A stretch of 61,703 bases of DNA, filler included, from Dugesia japonica (Eukaryota), in NCBI GenBank assembly GCA_001938525.1. It is 6 parts of 6 records of this genome, joined end to end, with 100 filler letters (N's around TTAATTAATTAA, not from the genome) between each part and the next. Parts side by side here need not be neighbours in the genome. Positions count along the whole stretch, not along the records: positions 29,216 to 40,199 come from MQRL01641063.1; positions 40,300 to 52,483 come from MQRL01601939.1; 4 more parts are not named here. One strand, written 5' to 3'. The notes below the pieces were generated by a model. The model had not been told where the DNA came from. It saw only the letters and a program-made list of their open reading frames with translations, and ran no database searches. Of the stretch, positions 37,500-49,840 are shown piece by piece. Position 1 is the stretch's first letter; the number at the start of each line of letters is the position of its first letter. Position numbers and translations under genes: made by a program.

Positions 37500-38820
37500 G
37501 TTCCGGATCAAGCAGCAGACGGATCATGTAATACAGGTACCTCAACGCTAACTTACAAAGTAGACCATCAGGACTGCAAGTTAGCTCATCTAAAAGAGGC
37601 AATGTTCAATGAATACCAAGGACAACGAGCTATAGCACCTATTGATCAAACCCCAAAAAGAGGGTAATGTAAAGGATAGGATAGATAATTTCAAGGAAAC
37701 GATAAGATCAGGTCCGAGATCATACGATCAGCAATGTCACACAACTCTCACGGTGCTAATGTCCTCAGAACAGGATGAGACCATCTGATTAATCAAAGGA
37801 AATTATATGTCTAAATGTGGACAAATAGTGTATAAAACAAACTATAAAGGAATATTCGTATCAGAACATCGGATAAAAACCGCACAAGCCGCAGTAATGT
37901 CACAAGATATCAAACTACATCTATTTGCTAATAATCAAATGGACAATTTATTCCACCAGATGCAGGATACCATCGAACGAATGTACCACGACCTCATACA
38001 AAATGATTGCACATTAAACAAAGAAATACTGAAGACAAAGTTAGCAATGGCAGTTANAAATCCAGATAGTGTCACCCCGTTATTTACTCTGGAAAAAGGA
38101 CAATTTGGTCGCGTAGTAGGAGAAGTAATGTACCTAAATCAATGCAAGTCCGTAGATGCAGAGTTTTCGTCTAATCCCAAATATTGCTATAATGAAATAG
38201 AAATTATCCATAAATATGAGAAGCGTTACGTACAACCTATTATTCGAATAATATCACCACTGGGTTATAAGCCAAATATCATAAATTGCTCTAATGTATT
38301 TGGACCACAATATATAATGACAGATGGTTCATGGATAAGATTCCCACAACGAATGGCAGTAGGAGTCGAACCACGAAAATTCTCAATGCTACGGTTAAAT
38401 GGAGGTATGCAATTCACTCCAATTGATATAAATAAAGGAGGAATCTATAGCAAGGAAGATCTAGAGAAAGCTATGGAATATATGCTGTTTCCAGTTTGAA
38501 GGATGCAAATTCTATCGAATATAGTGCAATTAACCAGTGGAACCAACATAGTCGGACGTGTAAATGACGATGCACTCTTGTCAGCAGATCATTTCCAGAA
38601 AGCCACGGAAAACGTCATGCGGAAAATGTGGGTACGATTCATAATATTTGGGCAGGCAATGACAGGATTGCTGGGAGTAATGTTAATAATTTCGGTAGCA
38701 CGAGTAGTGATTACCCAATTGTTTTCCTGTTTCGACATATACAAAAGAGAAAAGAAAGTGAATTGGAAAATAGTAACCGGAATATTTCCATTCTTAGCCA
38801 AAACCATGGTGCTTAATAGT
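37500..38820 (+). pseudogene. Chuvirus-G/herpes-gB-like (class III) envelope glycoprotein, central and C-terminal part
   Basis: KCGQIVYKTNY..IFV; a long helix ending NDCTLNKEILKTKLAMA.NP; GQFGRVVGEVMYLNQCKSV; CYNEI; GIYSKEDL; transmembrane segment FIIFGQAMTGLLGVMLIISVARVVI. Confidence 0.8.
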
Positions 38821-39419
38821 CACTCTAAAGACATTTACAGGGTAAAACGATTTATTCGGAAACACGGACAAATAAGAGGATCGAACAAGGAAGTCATAAT
38901 GCAACTTTGGTTGTTGTGTGAAGAAATGAGCAATGCTAAAAAGAAAATATCATATTTCAGCCAATTCAAAGAAAGTTTTAAGAACAAAAGCGAAAGTAGT
39001 AGCAGCAGTGATGACGATATAGGAGAAAGCAGTGGAGCGCCACATGTACCCAGTTATAAAACCACCATGGAATACGATACAGAGTTTAAAAGACAACAAT
39101 ATGAAAAAATCAGTAAACAACGACTAAGAAATGCATTAAAATTTGCAGGAAATGAAAATACACCAGCACCAGCACAAATGTACTATAATGCCTATCCACA
39201 ACATGATTGGCAAACCATGAATCCATAACCACAACAGGTATGGGCACCAGGTCCCATGTACAACACCCCTTATATGAGTCCACCACAAGCTCCCAATATG
39301 GCATTATTAACAGAAAATAATCTATCAACTATTGACAGAAGAACTACGGACCAAAATTTGCGTTCTCCAATTAACCACATCACCGAAGATGATAAATTAG
39401 AAACCCAAACCGTATGTAT

Positions 39420-39770
39420 GATGATTTCTCAGAAAGCGAAACTATTACAAAAAAGGATAAAAANAGACGGAAGATGGGTAATAGCCATTATCGATTCCGG
39501 AGCAAGTACAACGTTAGTCCACAAAAGAATATTAGAAGATTATCGACAACTCCGATTTACCATTATTAAAGGAGTTATTATCACGGCCTCTGGAGAAAAA
39601 ATATCACCTGTTGGGGAAGCAATATGTTCAATAGAAAGTGACGGAATCCGTCAATGGCATAAATTACAAATAATGAATGAACTAACTTTTGACTGCTTAT
39701 TGGGATTGGATCTCTTACCACGTCTATGCCCAGAAGGTATATTAGATCTGAAGAAACTAACAATACGGGA
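39420..39770 (+). pseudogene. Retropepsin aspartic protease 1
   Basis: AIIDSGASTTLV, IITASG, CLLGLDLL. Confidence 0.9.
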
Positions 39771-40064
39771 AAATCACGATCGGGAATATGCGCCTGTAGG
39801 TTATCAGAAAACTCGAATAATAACCAAACAAAAACGACCTCAGCAATAGAATCAACCAACACCCAACCGACAGCCGCGACTCTCATCAGGCAGAGGTGAG
39901 CAAAATGATTCCAATCAAGATCGTCGGAAAACTACCAACATATCCACCATGAAAAGAGACGATTGGATAAGGTTTCAGGAACGGGAACCAAAATGGAAAA
40001 ACAAAAAAACAACATAGCATAAATTGTAACACTTCAGATGTGGTATGCACAAGCCTCAGCGGCG

Positions 40065-40160
40065 GGCCTGTATTAACAATTATGGTTAAAATCAACGGTA
40101 GATCTACAACGGTTTTATTAGACACGGACAACAATCTCGTTATTATCAATAGAAGAAATC
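40065..40160 (+). pseudogene. Start of a second, degenerate retropepsin
   Basis: Manual translation PVLTIMVKINGRSTTVLLDTDNNLVII (DTG changed to DTD). Confidence 0.55.
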
Positions 40161-40199
40161 GCGATAACGGAATATAAAACATATTGCCCACCAATACCA

Positions 40200-40299
40200 N
40201 NNNNNNNNNNNNNNNNNNNNNNNNNNNNNNNNNNNNNNNNNNNTTAATTAATTAANNNNNNNNNNNNNNNNNNNNNNNNNNNNNNNNNNNNNNNNNNNN
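40200..40299. other. Artificial scaffold-joining spacer
   Basis: 44 N + TTAATTAATTAA + 44 N. Confidence 0.97.
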
Positions 40300-40774
40300 A
40301 GATTAAACATAAGAGAGATAATTTTATCAGATACTTTGGTACAAAACCTGAATAAAATAATCGAAGTAATGAAAGATATAAAAATTCAGTTTGGAATTCA
40401 TGTGAAGTTCATAAAAGATCATTAAAGATCTTTTATGAGCACTTATTAAAGAAATCTAGTCGGCAGAGCACTAGTGTACAGAGCTTTGATAAATGAGGTC
40501 AGGTAAATATTAAAATTTCATCTAAAATATCACTCAAAATTGANCTTACCGAATAAATTATCATCCTATTTTTATATTCATTGAGGACTCCCAAATTATA
40601 TGCTTGATTTTTCAATATAACTTTTTATTTATAAGGTTTGATGATCCTAGGTTAAGATACTTGTAATCAGTGCATAATTTTCTATCAAATAGATTGGTTT
40701 TTAATTAAATTTGAGATAAATTTTATTTTTAATTAATTATTGAGAAATAAAAAATTTAACATTTTTTCAAAGCA

Positions 40775-41433
40775 ATTTAATTTGAAAAGTTTCTACTGTA
40801 TATATTCTTGATCAGTAAAATATTCTCTATCTAATAGTACTTGGATCATTAAATTTGAATGAAAATTATAAAAAGTAACTTTTTATTTGTGTCGATTAAG
40901 GGTAATCGTGATTTTTGACTATGTTTTTTCGAATTTTCTTTGTAAAAATTAAGTTTGATGATTTTAAGTGATGACTTTCTTGATCAGTAAAATATTCTCT
41001 ATCGAATAATGTATGTTTCGTTACGATTTGAGAAGAAAAATGTTCAAAAATTGTCAAAAAATCTCGGGTTTATCCCATTNNNNNNNNNNNNNNNNNNNNN
41101 NNNNNNNNNNNNNNNNNNNNNNNNNNNNNATTTAATTTGAAAAGTTTCTACTGTATATATTCTTGATCAGTAAAATATTCTCTATCTAATAGTACTTGGA
41201 TCAATAAATTTGAATGAAAATTATAAAATATAACTTTTTATTTGTGTCGATTAAGCGTAATCGTGATTTTTGACTATGTTTTTTCGAATTTTCTTTGTAA
41301 AAATTAAGTTTGATTATTTTAAGTGATGACTTTCTTGATCAGTAAAATATTCTCTATCGAATAATGTCTGTTTCGTCACGATTTGAGAAGAGAAATTTTC
41401 AAAAATTGTCAAAAAATCTCGGGTTTATCCCAT
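40775..41433. repeat. ~305-bp direct duplication flanking a 50-N gap (probable haplotype/assembly overlap)
   Basis: 40775-41079 is nearly identical to 41130-41433. Confidence 0.8.
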
Positions 41434-42229
41434 TTTCTTTAGTTCCAGACAAGATTTGGTGATTTCTAACTAGGTCAGTCCTAATCAGCATAAACGCCTC
41501 TATTGAATAGACTATGTTATAATTAGATTTCACTAACCCTTTTAAAATTCATAATTTCCTCCCGGACTTCAAAATGAAGTACATGTTTTTTCTATATGAC
41601 TTTTTATCTATAAAGTTTAAGGATTTCAAGTTTACATATTTGGAATCAGTGAAAGATTCTTATTATCGAAGATATACCTTGTTGACTAATTCTGAGATAC
41701 TTTTTTTCGAAACAGTTACGAAATCCGAGAGGAGAGCCGAATATCTTATTTATGAAGCATTTTTCCCGAGACGATATTTTAACTTTTCACGGTCACTTTT
41801 TCTCCTGACTAAAATAATACCAAATTTGAAACCATAAGAGTTATGTACGCAAAGAAAATTGAGCACCAGATTCAAAATTTTAAAATTTTCACCACAAAAC
41901 CCTAAATATTTCATTCCTGATAAAATTTAGTGATTTTAGGTTTATATACTTGGAATCAACGGAAAATTCTCTATATAATAGACATGATAATTTAATTTAA
42001 AGATGAGAAATAATTTTTTTGAAAAATTTTTATTTGTGAAAAATAATCTCCATCGAATTCTCCATCGATTGATGTAAAAATCTCGACAAAATATTTTTTC
42101 AAATATTTTCGAAATTTTAGATGTTCTCCCGGATTCTCATAAAAATTTGATTTAAAAATTTTGAAAAATATGAAAATTTAAACAAATTCGATGTTTTTCA
42201 CGAATTTCCGTAAAATTCTACACAAATTG

Positions 42230-42780
42230 ACCAACCCGAAGAAATAATTAACGAAACACCCAAAAATGACACAAACCAACCAATCCCGAGGAAATATTTT
42301 ACCAATATTACCTAAACCGAGTAAATAATTGACCAAATTAACCATTCCCAATTAAATAATTAACTAAATCAACCAAAAATTACCCAAACTAACCAATCTT
42401 GAGAAAAAATTAGACCCAATTCATATATAAAATACCCTTGTGAGCAAATAATTACCCAAGTTCACCCATACCGAGTAAATAATTGACCAAATTCAACCGA
42501 ACCTGACAAAAACTGACATTATTTGACCTTACCAAGAAAGATTTCAACTAATTTCACCTAAATCACCCAAAAATTACCAATCCTGAGGAAAATGTTGATC
42601 AAAACACCCAAAAATTACCCGAACCAACATATTTTGAGGAAAGTATTGACCAAATTTTCCTGAACCAATGAAAAATTGACCTCATTCAACCTCACAGAGC
42701 AAATTCCCAACTAGAAAGCCTAAAAAATATTGCCGCTTAATAAGCCTAAAAAATATTGCCGCTTAATAAGCCTAAAAAAT
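42230..42780. repeat. Degenerate tandem repeats ending in ~2.5 copies of a 26-bp unit
   Basis: Recurrent TTGACCAAATT/ACCAATCCCGAG units; AAGCCTAAAAAATATTGCCGCTTAAT repeated at ~42716-42780. Confidence 0.7.
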
Positions 42781-42879
42781 TTTCCCAACTAAATACACAG
42801 GAAAAAGTAGCCTCACTTATATAATTCTCCCGACAAAATTAATTACATTATGTAATGCACATAAATGTGTGCCACCACC

Positions 42880-45110
42880 TAATTATTTAGCTTAACCGCA
42901 ACACACGCCTATATGTGGATACAAGATACAAAATGAAATATATTTGATGCCATTCCTGCGAAGAGGAGTTAGTAATATATACTCAAGAAAATCAAACGAT
43001 TTTCCTTTTTTAGCTAAAACAACGAGCTAAAATAACTTTACCTAATAACCTAACGGGTTATCTTGAATTACATATTTAGTAAATTTGACTTTAATACAAC
43101 TTTGATAATTTTCGGGTTGTATAACACAACCTTATTAAATATTTTAATTTCAAATTGATGCTATTTTGAACGATATCACTTCGAAATCTTTAACATTCAC
43201 CATAAACGTAAAACCAACATACACATCAGCTAAAGTATAGGTTAATTCCTTTTATTAAATTTATATTAAAGCATATTTTGTAAACTGTTACATTTTGTTA
43301 CTTTTTTATTCTAGAAAGTTTTATAATTTTGTATTATTTATAGAGAAATTTATTATTAATATTAAAAAAAATTATTAATATTAATTGATTATGTTTAAAT
43401 TAATTTTATTTTTAATTATATCACAATAGTGAATGATGAAAAACAAAACGAAAATAAATGGCATATATGTTATCACGAAGATGATTGTAAAATAGTGAGT
43501 TTTTTCACGATGATTTTATTACTTATTTGTACAATAATTATTTAGCTTAACTGCAACAAACACATAAATGTGGATACAAGATACAAAATAAATTATATGT
43601 GATGCCATTCCTGCGAAGAGGAGTTATTAAAATATACTCCATAAAATCAAACGATTTTCCTTTTTTTGGCTAAAACAACGAGCTAAAATAACTTTATTTA
43701 ATAACCTAACGGAATATCTTGAATTAAATATTTAGTAAATTTGACTTTAATTCAACTTTGATATTTATTGGGGTTGGATAATACAACATTATTAAAGATT
43801 TGGATTTCAAATTGGTTTCATTTTGAACGATATCCCTTCGAAATCTTTACCATTCTCCTTAAACGTAAAAAATACATACACATCAGCTAAAATAAAATTT
43901 GCTTCGGCTTATTAAATTTATATTCAAGATAGAGAAAGGGTATTATTTTCAACGGTACGGACGCTGACTCAAGTAACGAGGATCGAAAAGGAGACCTTAT
44001 AGGATATGAACAAGACAGTCATCAATCTGGACGAATGACAGATTGTAAATGAAGTAAAGTTTTCTTAGGAAGAATTGTTTTAATTTGTGATTACAATAAT
44101 ATAATAATATAAACGAAATCGGGTAATCAGAGCTAAATAAAATTCAAATTGGAAACACAAGACGAGAAGCAGCATAGTCCTGCTGAATTCGGGAATGACG
44201 GATCGTGATGCAAAAAAAGACATCACACAAATTCTTGTGGTTACTAGGTCGTATATCCAAGACAGAAATTAAAATCAAGAAGACGAAAATTGGACCAGGA
44301 GAATATCAACCAAAATAGCATCAAAAACCTAATAACCCAACAATAATAATAAAAATAATAAGCATAATATTAATAATAATAAAAATAATAATAATTCAAA
44401 GTTTCCGTTTGATTATTATTAATATTTGTTTTCGAACTTTTATAAATTATTATTTTTTAATTAATTATATCATATAGGGAATGAAGAATCGCAAAATGAA
44501 ACCTGCATTTATTGCTACGATTCAATAGAATATAAAATCTTGACTTGTTTTATTGTGAGTTCTAATAGTTAATTTCATTATCTTTATTTAGCCTGATTAC
44601 GAGAGACATGGAGTAATATATCTGAAATGGATATATAAATGCTGCCACGTATTCTATTAACAAGTGCAATAAAAAGAGTTATATTAGCATTATCAACGTG
44701 GAAGATCCAAATTTCTTTAACGTTGATGGACACCTTTAATATAGACCTTTAATATATACTTTCTGTATTAAAATTGTTTTCCAAGCATTAGTTAATAGCA
44801 CAAAAATATTGTCTCTTAATTATTAGTCGATGAATGATGAAAAAGAAAACGGAAATCAATGTCAAATATGTTATCACGATGTTGATTGTAAAATCGTGAG
44901 TTTTTTCCACCATGATTTTATTACTTATTTGTATAATAATTATTTAGATTAAATGTAAAAAACATATATTTGTGGATATCAAAAAAAAAAGTTATATTTG
45001 CTGCCATTAGTGTAACAAGGAGTTAATAGAAAAGGATAAAAAATCCAAAGATATCCTTTTTTGGCTGCAAACAATAATAACTGAAGTAAAAATAACATAA
45101 TATTTTTGTT
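42880..45110 (+). pseudogene. Repeated Cys/His-rich two-exon modules (possibly RING-like) with short introns
   Basis: Related units near 42880, 43430, 44475 and 44830, e.g. CQICYHDVDCKI|gtgagt..ttag|LKCKKH and TCIYCYDSIEYKI..KCCH. Stops present. Confidence 0.4.
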
Positions 45111-45249
45111 TAAATATTCAAAAAAAGTGTTTTGTAATAAATATTTAAAAATCGTNNNNNNNNNNNNNNNNNNNNNNNNNNNNNNNNNNNNNNNNNNNNN
45201 NNNNNNNNNNNNNNNNNNNNNNNNNNNNNNNNNNNNNNNNNNNNNNGTT

Positions 45250-45760
45250 GCCAAAGAATTTTCAAGAATGAATTTATTCAATAATAAAAAGGTTTTTTGT
45301 CTACAAGGAAGAAGATACGAATGAGTGGCTACAATCAATTGAAGATTTTGTAACCATAAATTATTTAAATTTATTTGCAGCGTTTGATCTATCGCTGCAC
45401 GGTGACGCGAAGGAATTATGGATGGCGTTTAAAGAAAAAATAAAGATTCCATCAGATGAAGATACAAAAAATTGTTGCAGTTCAAAGTAAATCAAGTCGA
45501 AAACATTTTTGCAAAAGATCAACGATTTGAGCCAAGTTAATCAACGATCAAATAAAAGGTATGAAAATTTTGCTATTAGAGTGAGTAAGTTTGTAAGAGA
45601 AGTTTTGTCGGTGAAGCAAACAGGAAACATGATCGTGAAGGATATTATTTCAAAACGAATGTGCTCCGTAAAAGTAAAGGAGTCAATCGTAATGAACTCA
45701 AATATGTCCTTGGAAGAAATTGACAAATTGACTATAAATTTCAAAAGTTCAATGAGTATT
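45250..45760 (+). pseudogene. Ty3/gypsy gag fragment abutting the mariner
   Basis: Gag-like Q..N..YENFAIRV motif; coding ends at the mariner boundary. Confidence 0.5.
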
Positions 45761-45764
45761 GAAG

Positions 45765-46742
45765 TTTCAATTTTTAAGTCTGTCAACTTTTGCGACGTCT
45801 TCTTTGCAACATGTAGTCAGGCATTATCATGCAAGTGGATGATTTCTTTCCTTTTGACAAATGAAGACTGTTTAATGCATAATTCTTTGTGCATTAATTA
45901 TTTTTCAGAACAGTATTTGTCTGAGTTATTAGTTTGACCTACTTCTAACAAAGAAAAATGTATGACTCCAGCTATAGACCACCAAACTGTCAGCATTGTC
46001 TTTTTTGGGTGTAAATATGGTTTAAGACAGTGTAAAGGAGGTTGATCGACATCTAACCATTGTGCAGAACGTCTATGATTGTGATTCATAACCAATTTTT
46101 CATCACAAGTGACAATGCGATTTAAAAAAGATTCCGATTTATTTCGATCCAGCAGCATTTGGCAAATTTTCAATTTTTGCAATTTTTGGGAGTAATTCAA
46201 TAAATGAGGAACCCATTGGTCCATCTTTCTTTCTTTCCAATGCCTTTCAAATGACGGGAAATTGTTTGACGACTAACGTCTAACGTTTTACTAAGTTGTC
46301 GTACTGATTGACTAAAGTTTAGTTCCACTTCACGTTTTACATCGTCATTGCTAATGACAACCTTGGGGCGCCCCCTCTCCATATTGACTTGGGTTAAATC
46401 ACCCTCTTGAAAATTTTCGAACCATCTCCAAAGTGTTCTTTCATTAGCTGAACCCTCTCCAAATACAAAGTTAATGTATCGGACAGCTTCTGTTGGATTA
46501 TGCTTTAATTTCTATTCATATAAAAATAATGTTCGCATTTATGTATTTTTTAGCTTGTGTTCCATGCAGTCTAAAAATAATTTAAATAAATAGATATTTT
46601 AAACAAATATTATATTATGATAATCAAACGTTCCACCTTCAAAATTATACATAAATAAGTTCTAAATCTTAAATATTACATAAATATATTAGTTTAAAAA
46701 ACGAGTTTTAAAATCTGACATTTCATATGTGACAACCTAATA
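45765..46742 (-). mobile_element. 3'-truncated mariner element (transposase ATG at 46565)
   Basis: TA + TIR TTAGGTTGTCACATATGAAATGTCAGATTT (46711-46742); GRP, WVPHLL, IVTCDEK, HPKKTML.VWW and LHDNA motifs. Confidence 0.93.
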
Positions 46743-46749
46743 TTAAAAC

Positions 46750-47620
46750 AATATTGCCCCTGCTTCTCGAAAACGCCTTTTGCATAAGCTGGTATCCAAA
46801 TATCTTTTGCATATCTATTCCTCCCATCAGATCTGGTGTTACTCTTTCAGCAACTAATATATTTGCAAACTTCATCAATTATCACTCTGGTTCTAACTTT
46901 AAGAACAATTTCAAGTGTAATAATATTTGTACAACGCAATCTTTCATAACTCATTTCTAAATTTACTTCTCGTAACAACTCAACTCTTTTCTGCTTCAAC
47001 TGTTCCAACCCACTTTACTATTCTATCATCTGCAAAATGTTTCCTCCTTAAGAACCTGTATTCTTTTTCTGTAACGTTTCCTATATCATCCAACTTTTCA
47101 ACTCTATGAAGATAATTACTAACTTCATTTAACAATGTATGGCTCCAATCAACTCCTCTACTGGTGGAGCCCTGCTTTTCGGGTACTGCCTTTCAAAATC
47201 ACTTTCATATGCTTCTTCATATCCATCGTTTGTACTGACATATTCATCTTTAATCGCATGCACTCGATTATATCGGTTTCTTGATTTTTCTGTATTTATA
47301 AATTTCTCACTTGTTCTTTTCACTTTCAAATTTGTTTAGCACTATTCTGCTTTATGTCCACCATTACCACATCGTTTACGTTAATATGGCCAATCTTTCC
47401 ACAACCAAAACATTTTGTTGGTTTTTTGTTTGGACAATCTCGACTTATATGTCCTGTTTTATGACAACTCGAGCACTCTACCACTTTTTTTGTCGGACAA
47501 TATGCTTTAGTATGACCGATCTTATAACATAACCAACATTCGGTATTTTGTTTTTCTTTTCTTTGCTCCACATGTCTATTAAGTAGGTAGATTGTGGAGC
47601 ATTGGATCACCCACTTCTAG
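46750..47620 (-). pseudogene. Ty3/gypsy gag(-pro) remnant with 3-4 CCHC knuckles
   Basis: CWLCYKIGHTKAYC, CSSCHKTGHISRDC, CFGCGKIGH. Confidence 0.8.
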
Positions 47621-47655
47621 ACAAAGAACATAAGTCGTCAGAGGAATAAAGACAA

Positions 47656-47781
47656 TGAGTCATAGGTATAACTAATCAATATCTGAAACAAAGACAATGA
47701 CTCATAGGTATGAGTCATAATGATGATTCATAGTTTTATAGATCAGGGTGACTCATAGTTTTTATAGATCAGGATGGCTCA
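47656..47781. promoter_or_regulatory. Cluster of AP-1 (TGASTCA) motifs within short repeats
   Basis: Perfect sites at 47656, 47698, 47711 and 47749; near-matches at 47724 and 47775. Confidence 0.45.
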
Positions 47782-49396
47782 TCTCTCCATACACAGAGTT
47801 TTTGTTTTTAATTTTTTTTAAATTTATTTTTCTAATTTTGTTTTAAAATTTTTTTAAAATTTATTTATTTAAATTTTTATTTTACATTTTTTTTAAAATT
47901 TCTTTTTGAAATTTCTTTTTAAAAATTCAAAAAATCATCAATATGCACTTTTTTGTTTAACTGGGAACGGATTTGCATTTTAATTGCACTTGTATTGTTT
48001 AAACAAAGAAAAAACAATTAAAACATGATAATAATCAAAGTAACACAATTTTAACCAATAAAAAGCAATACATACAAACTATTCATTTAATGTTTTTTAA
48101 CGCAGAGTATAAAAGCAAAGACATTTACTAAATTATCACTATTTTAACATGCAACAAATTATTGTGTTAACAAAAGATAATGTTATGACCTTTGCTGTAG
48201 ATTACGGAAAACCTTCAGAATTTCATGTGATCAAAATGAAATTCTTCAAGAGTTCAATAGTATATATGTTTTAAGTAATTGTATTCATTTTATTTTATTA
48301 TTTATATATTCATTTAGGAACTTGTGAAGATACAACGATCTTTCTATAGTTTGGTGATATCCGATATCGGTTCCAAAGACATGAATACTTTGAATTTATT
48401 ATTCCAATGAATAGAACCAACATTTACAATAAAAGATACAGTTTTCATCAATTATAATGATGTAAAATAGACTGTATTCAAATAATCTAAACAATATATG
48501 ATCCAGGTGGAAATACAAGGAGTCAAGAAAAATGGAAAGAATCTTAACTTAATTAATAGAAAAGTTAATTCTCCAATTTGGAAAATTCGAGAAATTTTGT
48601 AAATTTTTTATTATTAAAATAAAATTTGTCTCTTTTATTAACTCTTATAGTAATATTTAGCAAACAAATTAATTATATAGAAACTTATTTGTAAATAATA
48701 AAAAAAACTCTGTTAAATAAGTATAATAATTTATTAACTATTTATAAAAACAAGTCTTATTAATAAATAATTAAGTAAATAACAAACAATAAAAGTAATT
48801 TTCAAATAATAATTTCCAAATTAAATAAAACTTTGAACAAATAAATTATTCATAAAAAAACCTTTATGACAATTAAAACATAATTGAATAATAAACAAAG
48901 TAAGTAAAAAACAGTTTTTACTAACTAAAATTTATTAAAATTTACATATTGAGGATTGTCTTCTCAAGGAGAGAATACATACACCTATAACACTCACAAG
49001 CAAGGTGTTGGTAAATATCCTTGTTAAATTTCGATAACACGAATTGTAATCCTTCTTTTGCCAAAACTAGTTTCTTTCTAAAATGAATCAGCGCGATAAT
49101 ATCTAGAAATAAAAATTATAAATTATGAATAAAAGTTAAATTAAATTTTACTATTTTCATGAGTCAGATCTTCCTGGCCATCTGACTCCGCCTATTCGAT
49201 GCAAATTTTTCTAAGAGGTTCTACTTGAATTGGATTCATTTTTAAATAACAACTGATTAAGATGACAAATGTAAAATGTTATATACAATTTTCTGTTTAA
49301 CACAAATCGACCAATAAAAAACATGTAATTATCAAACATGGAAATGCCTTGTTATACTTGCATCATATTGATATATTGTGCATTCATGTTGCAAAA

Positions 49397-49840
49397 TTAA
49401 ACAATTAAATTATTTAAATCAGAAATTATATTATCTACATATCCTTGATAGGGTAGTGTCTTTATACCGAGTATTACAATTTTCCCCGATGAAAATATGT
49501 TAACACATACAGGATTATACATTGTAAGTCGTAATGCAAGGAAACATTCTGGTTCAAACCAACGTTTTGTCACTTTCGCTTATTTATACAAATTGATAAC
49601 TTGTCGTAAATTGATTACAATTGTTAATGATTGCAAACGAATATCATTAATATCGTACTGTAATAATTCCATTTCCAACGGTTTTTTTCATCCCATTATT
49701 CGACAACTTCCTGATTTAACGAATATTATTGTATATTTCCCGCCTTTGTCAACAAATTGAGAATGTTTATTGATAGGAAACTTCATTTTGCTTGTTACAT
49801 TTTGCGACGCTTTAGCTTTATAATTAATATTAACTAACAT
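49397..49840 (-). pseudogene. TATA-binding-protein (TBP)-fold protein, 147 codons with two in-frame stops
   Basis: Manual single-frame translation: MLVNINYK...YTIIFVKSGSCRIMG*...IRLQSLTIVINLRQVINLYK*A..WFEPECFLALRLTMYNPVCVNIFSSGKIVILGIK. This matches both TBP repeats. Confidence 0.8.

Larger units (their letters stand above)
29380..40199 (+). mobile_element. 5' half of a giant Ty3/gypsy-like retroelement (decayed polyprotein of >3000 codons)
   Basis: Near-continuous + strand coding from ~30200 to the scaffold end, with runs of ORFs in one frame separated by single stops. Gag is at one end and retropepsins at the other. RT and IN lie outside the scaffold. Confidence 0.8.

Noticed and set aside
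42230-42780. CRISPR-like appearance of spaced repeats (also 28760-29065 and 53830-54130)
   Set aside because: Degenerate minisatellites without constant repeats and unique spacers; eukaryotic context, no cas genes.
49497-49760. Plus-strand 87-aa ORF from the track
   Set aside because: Antisense shadow of the TBP-like frame. Most other short antisense or N-spanning ORFs were dismissed likewise.
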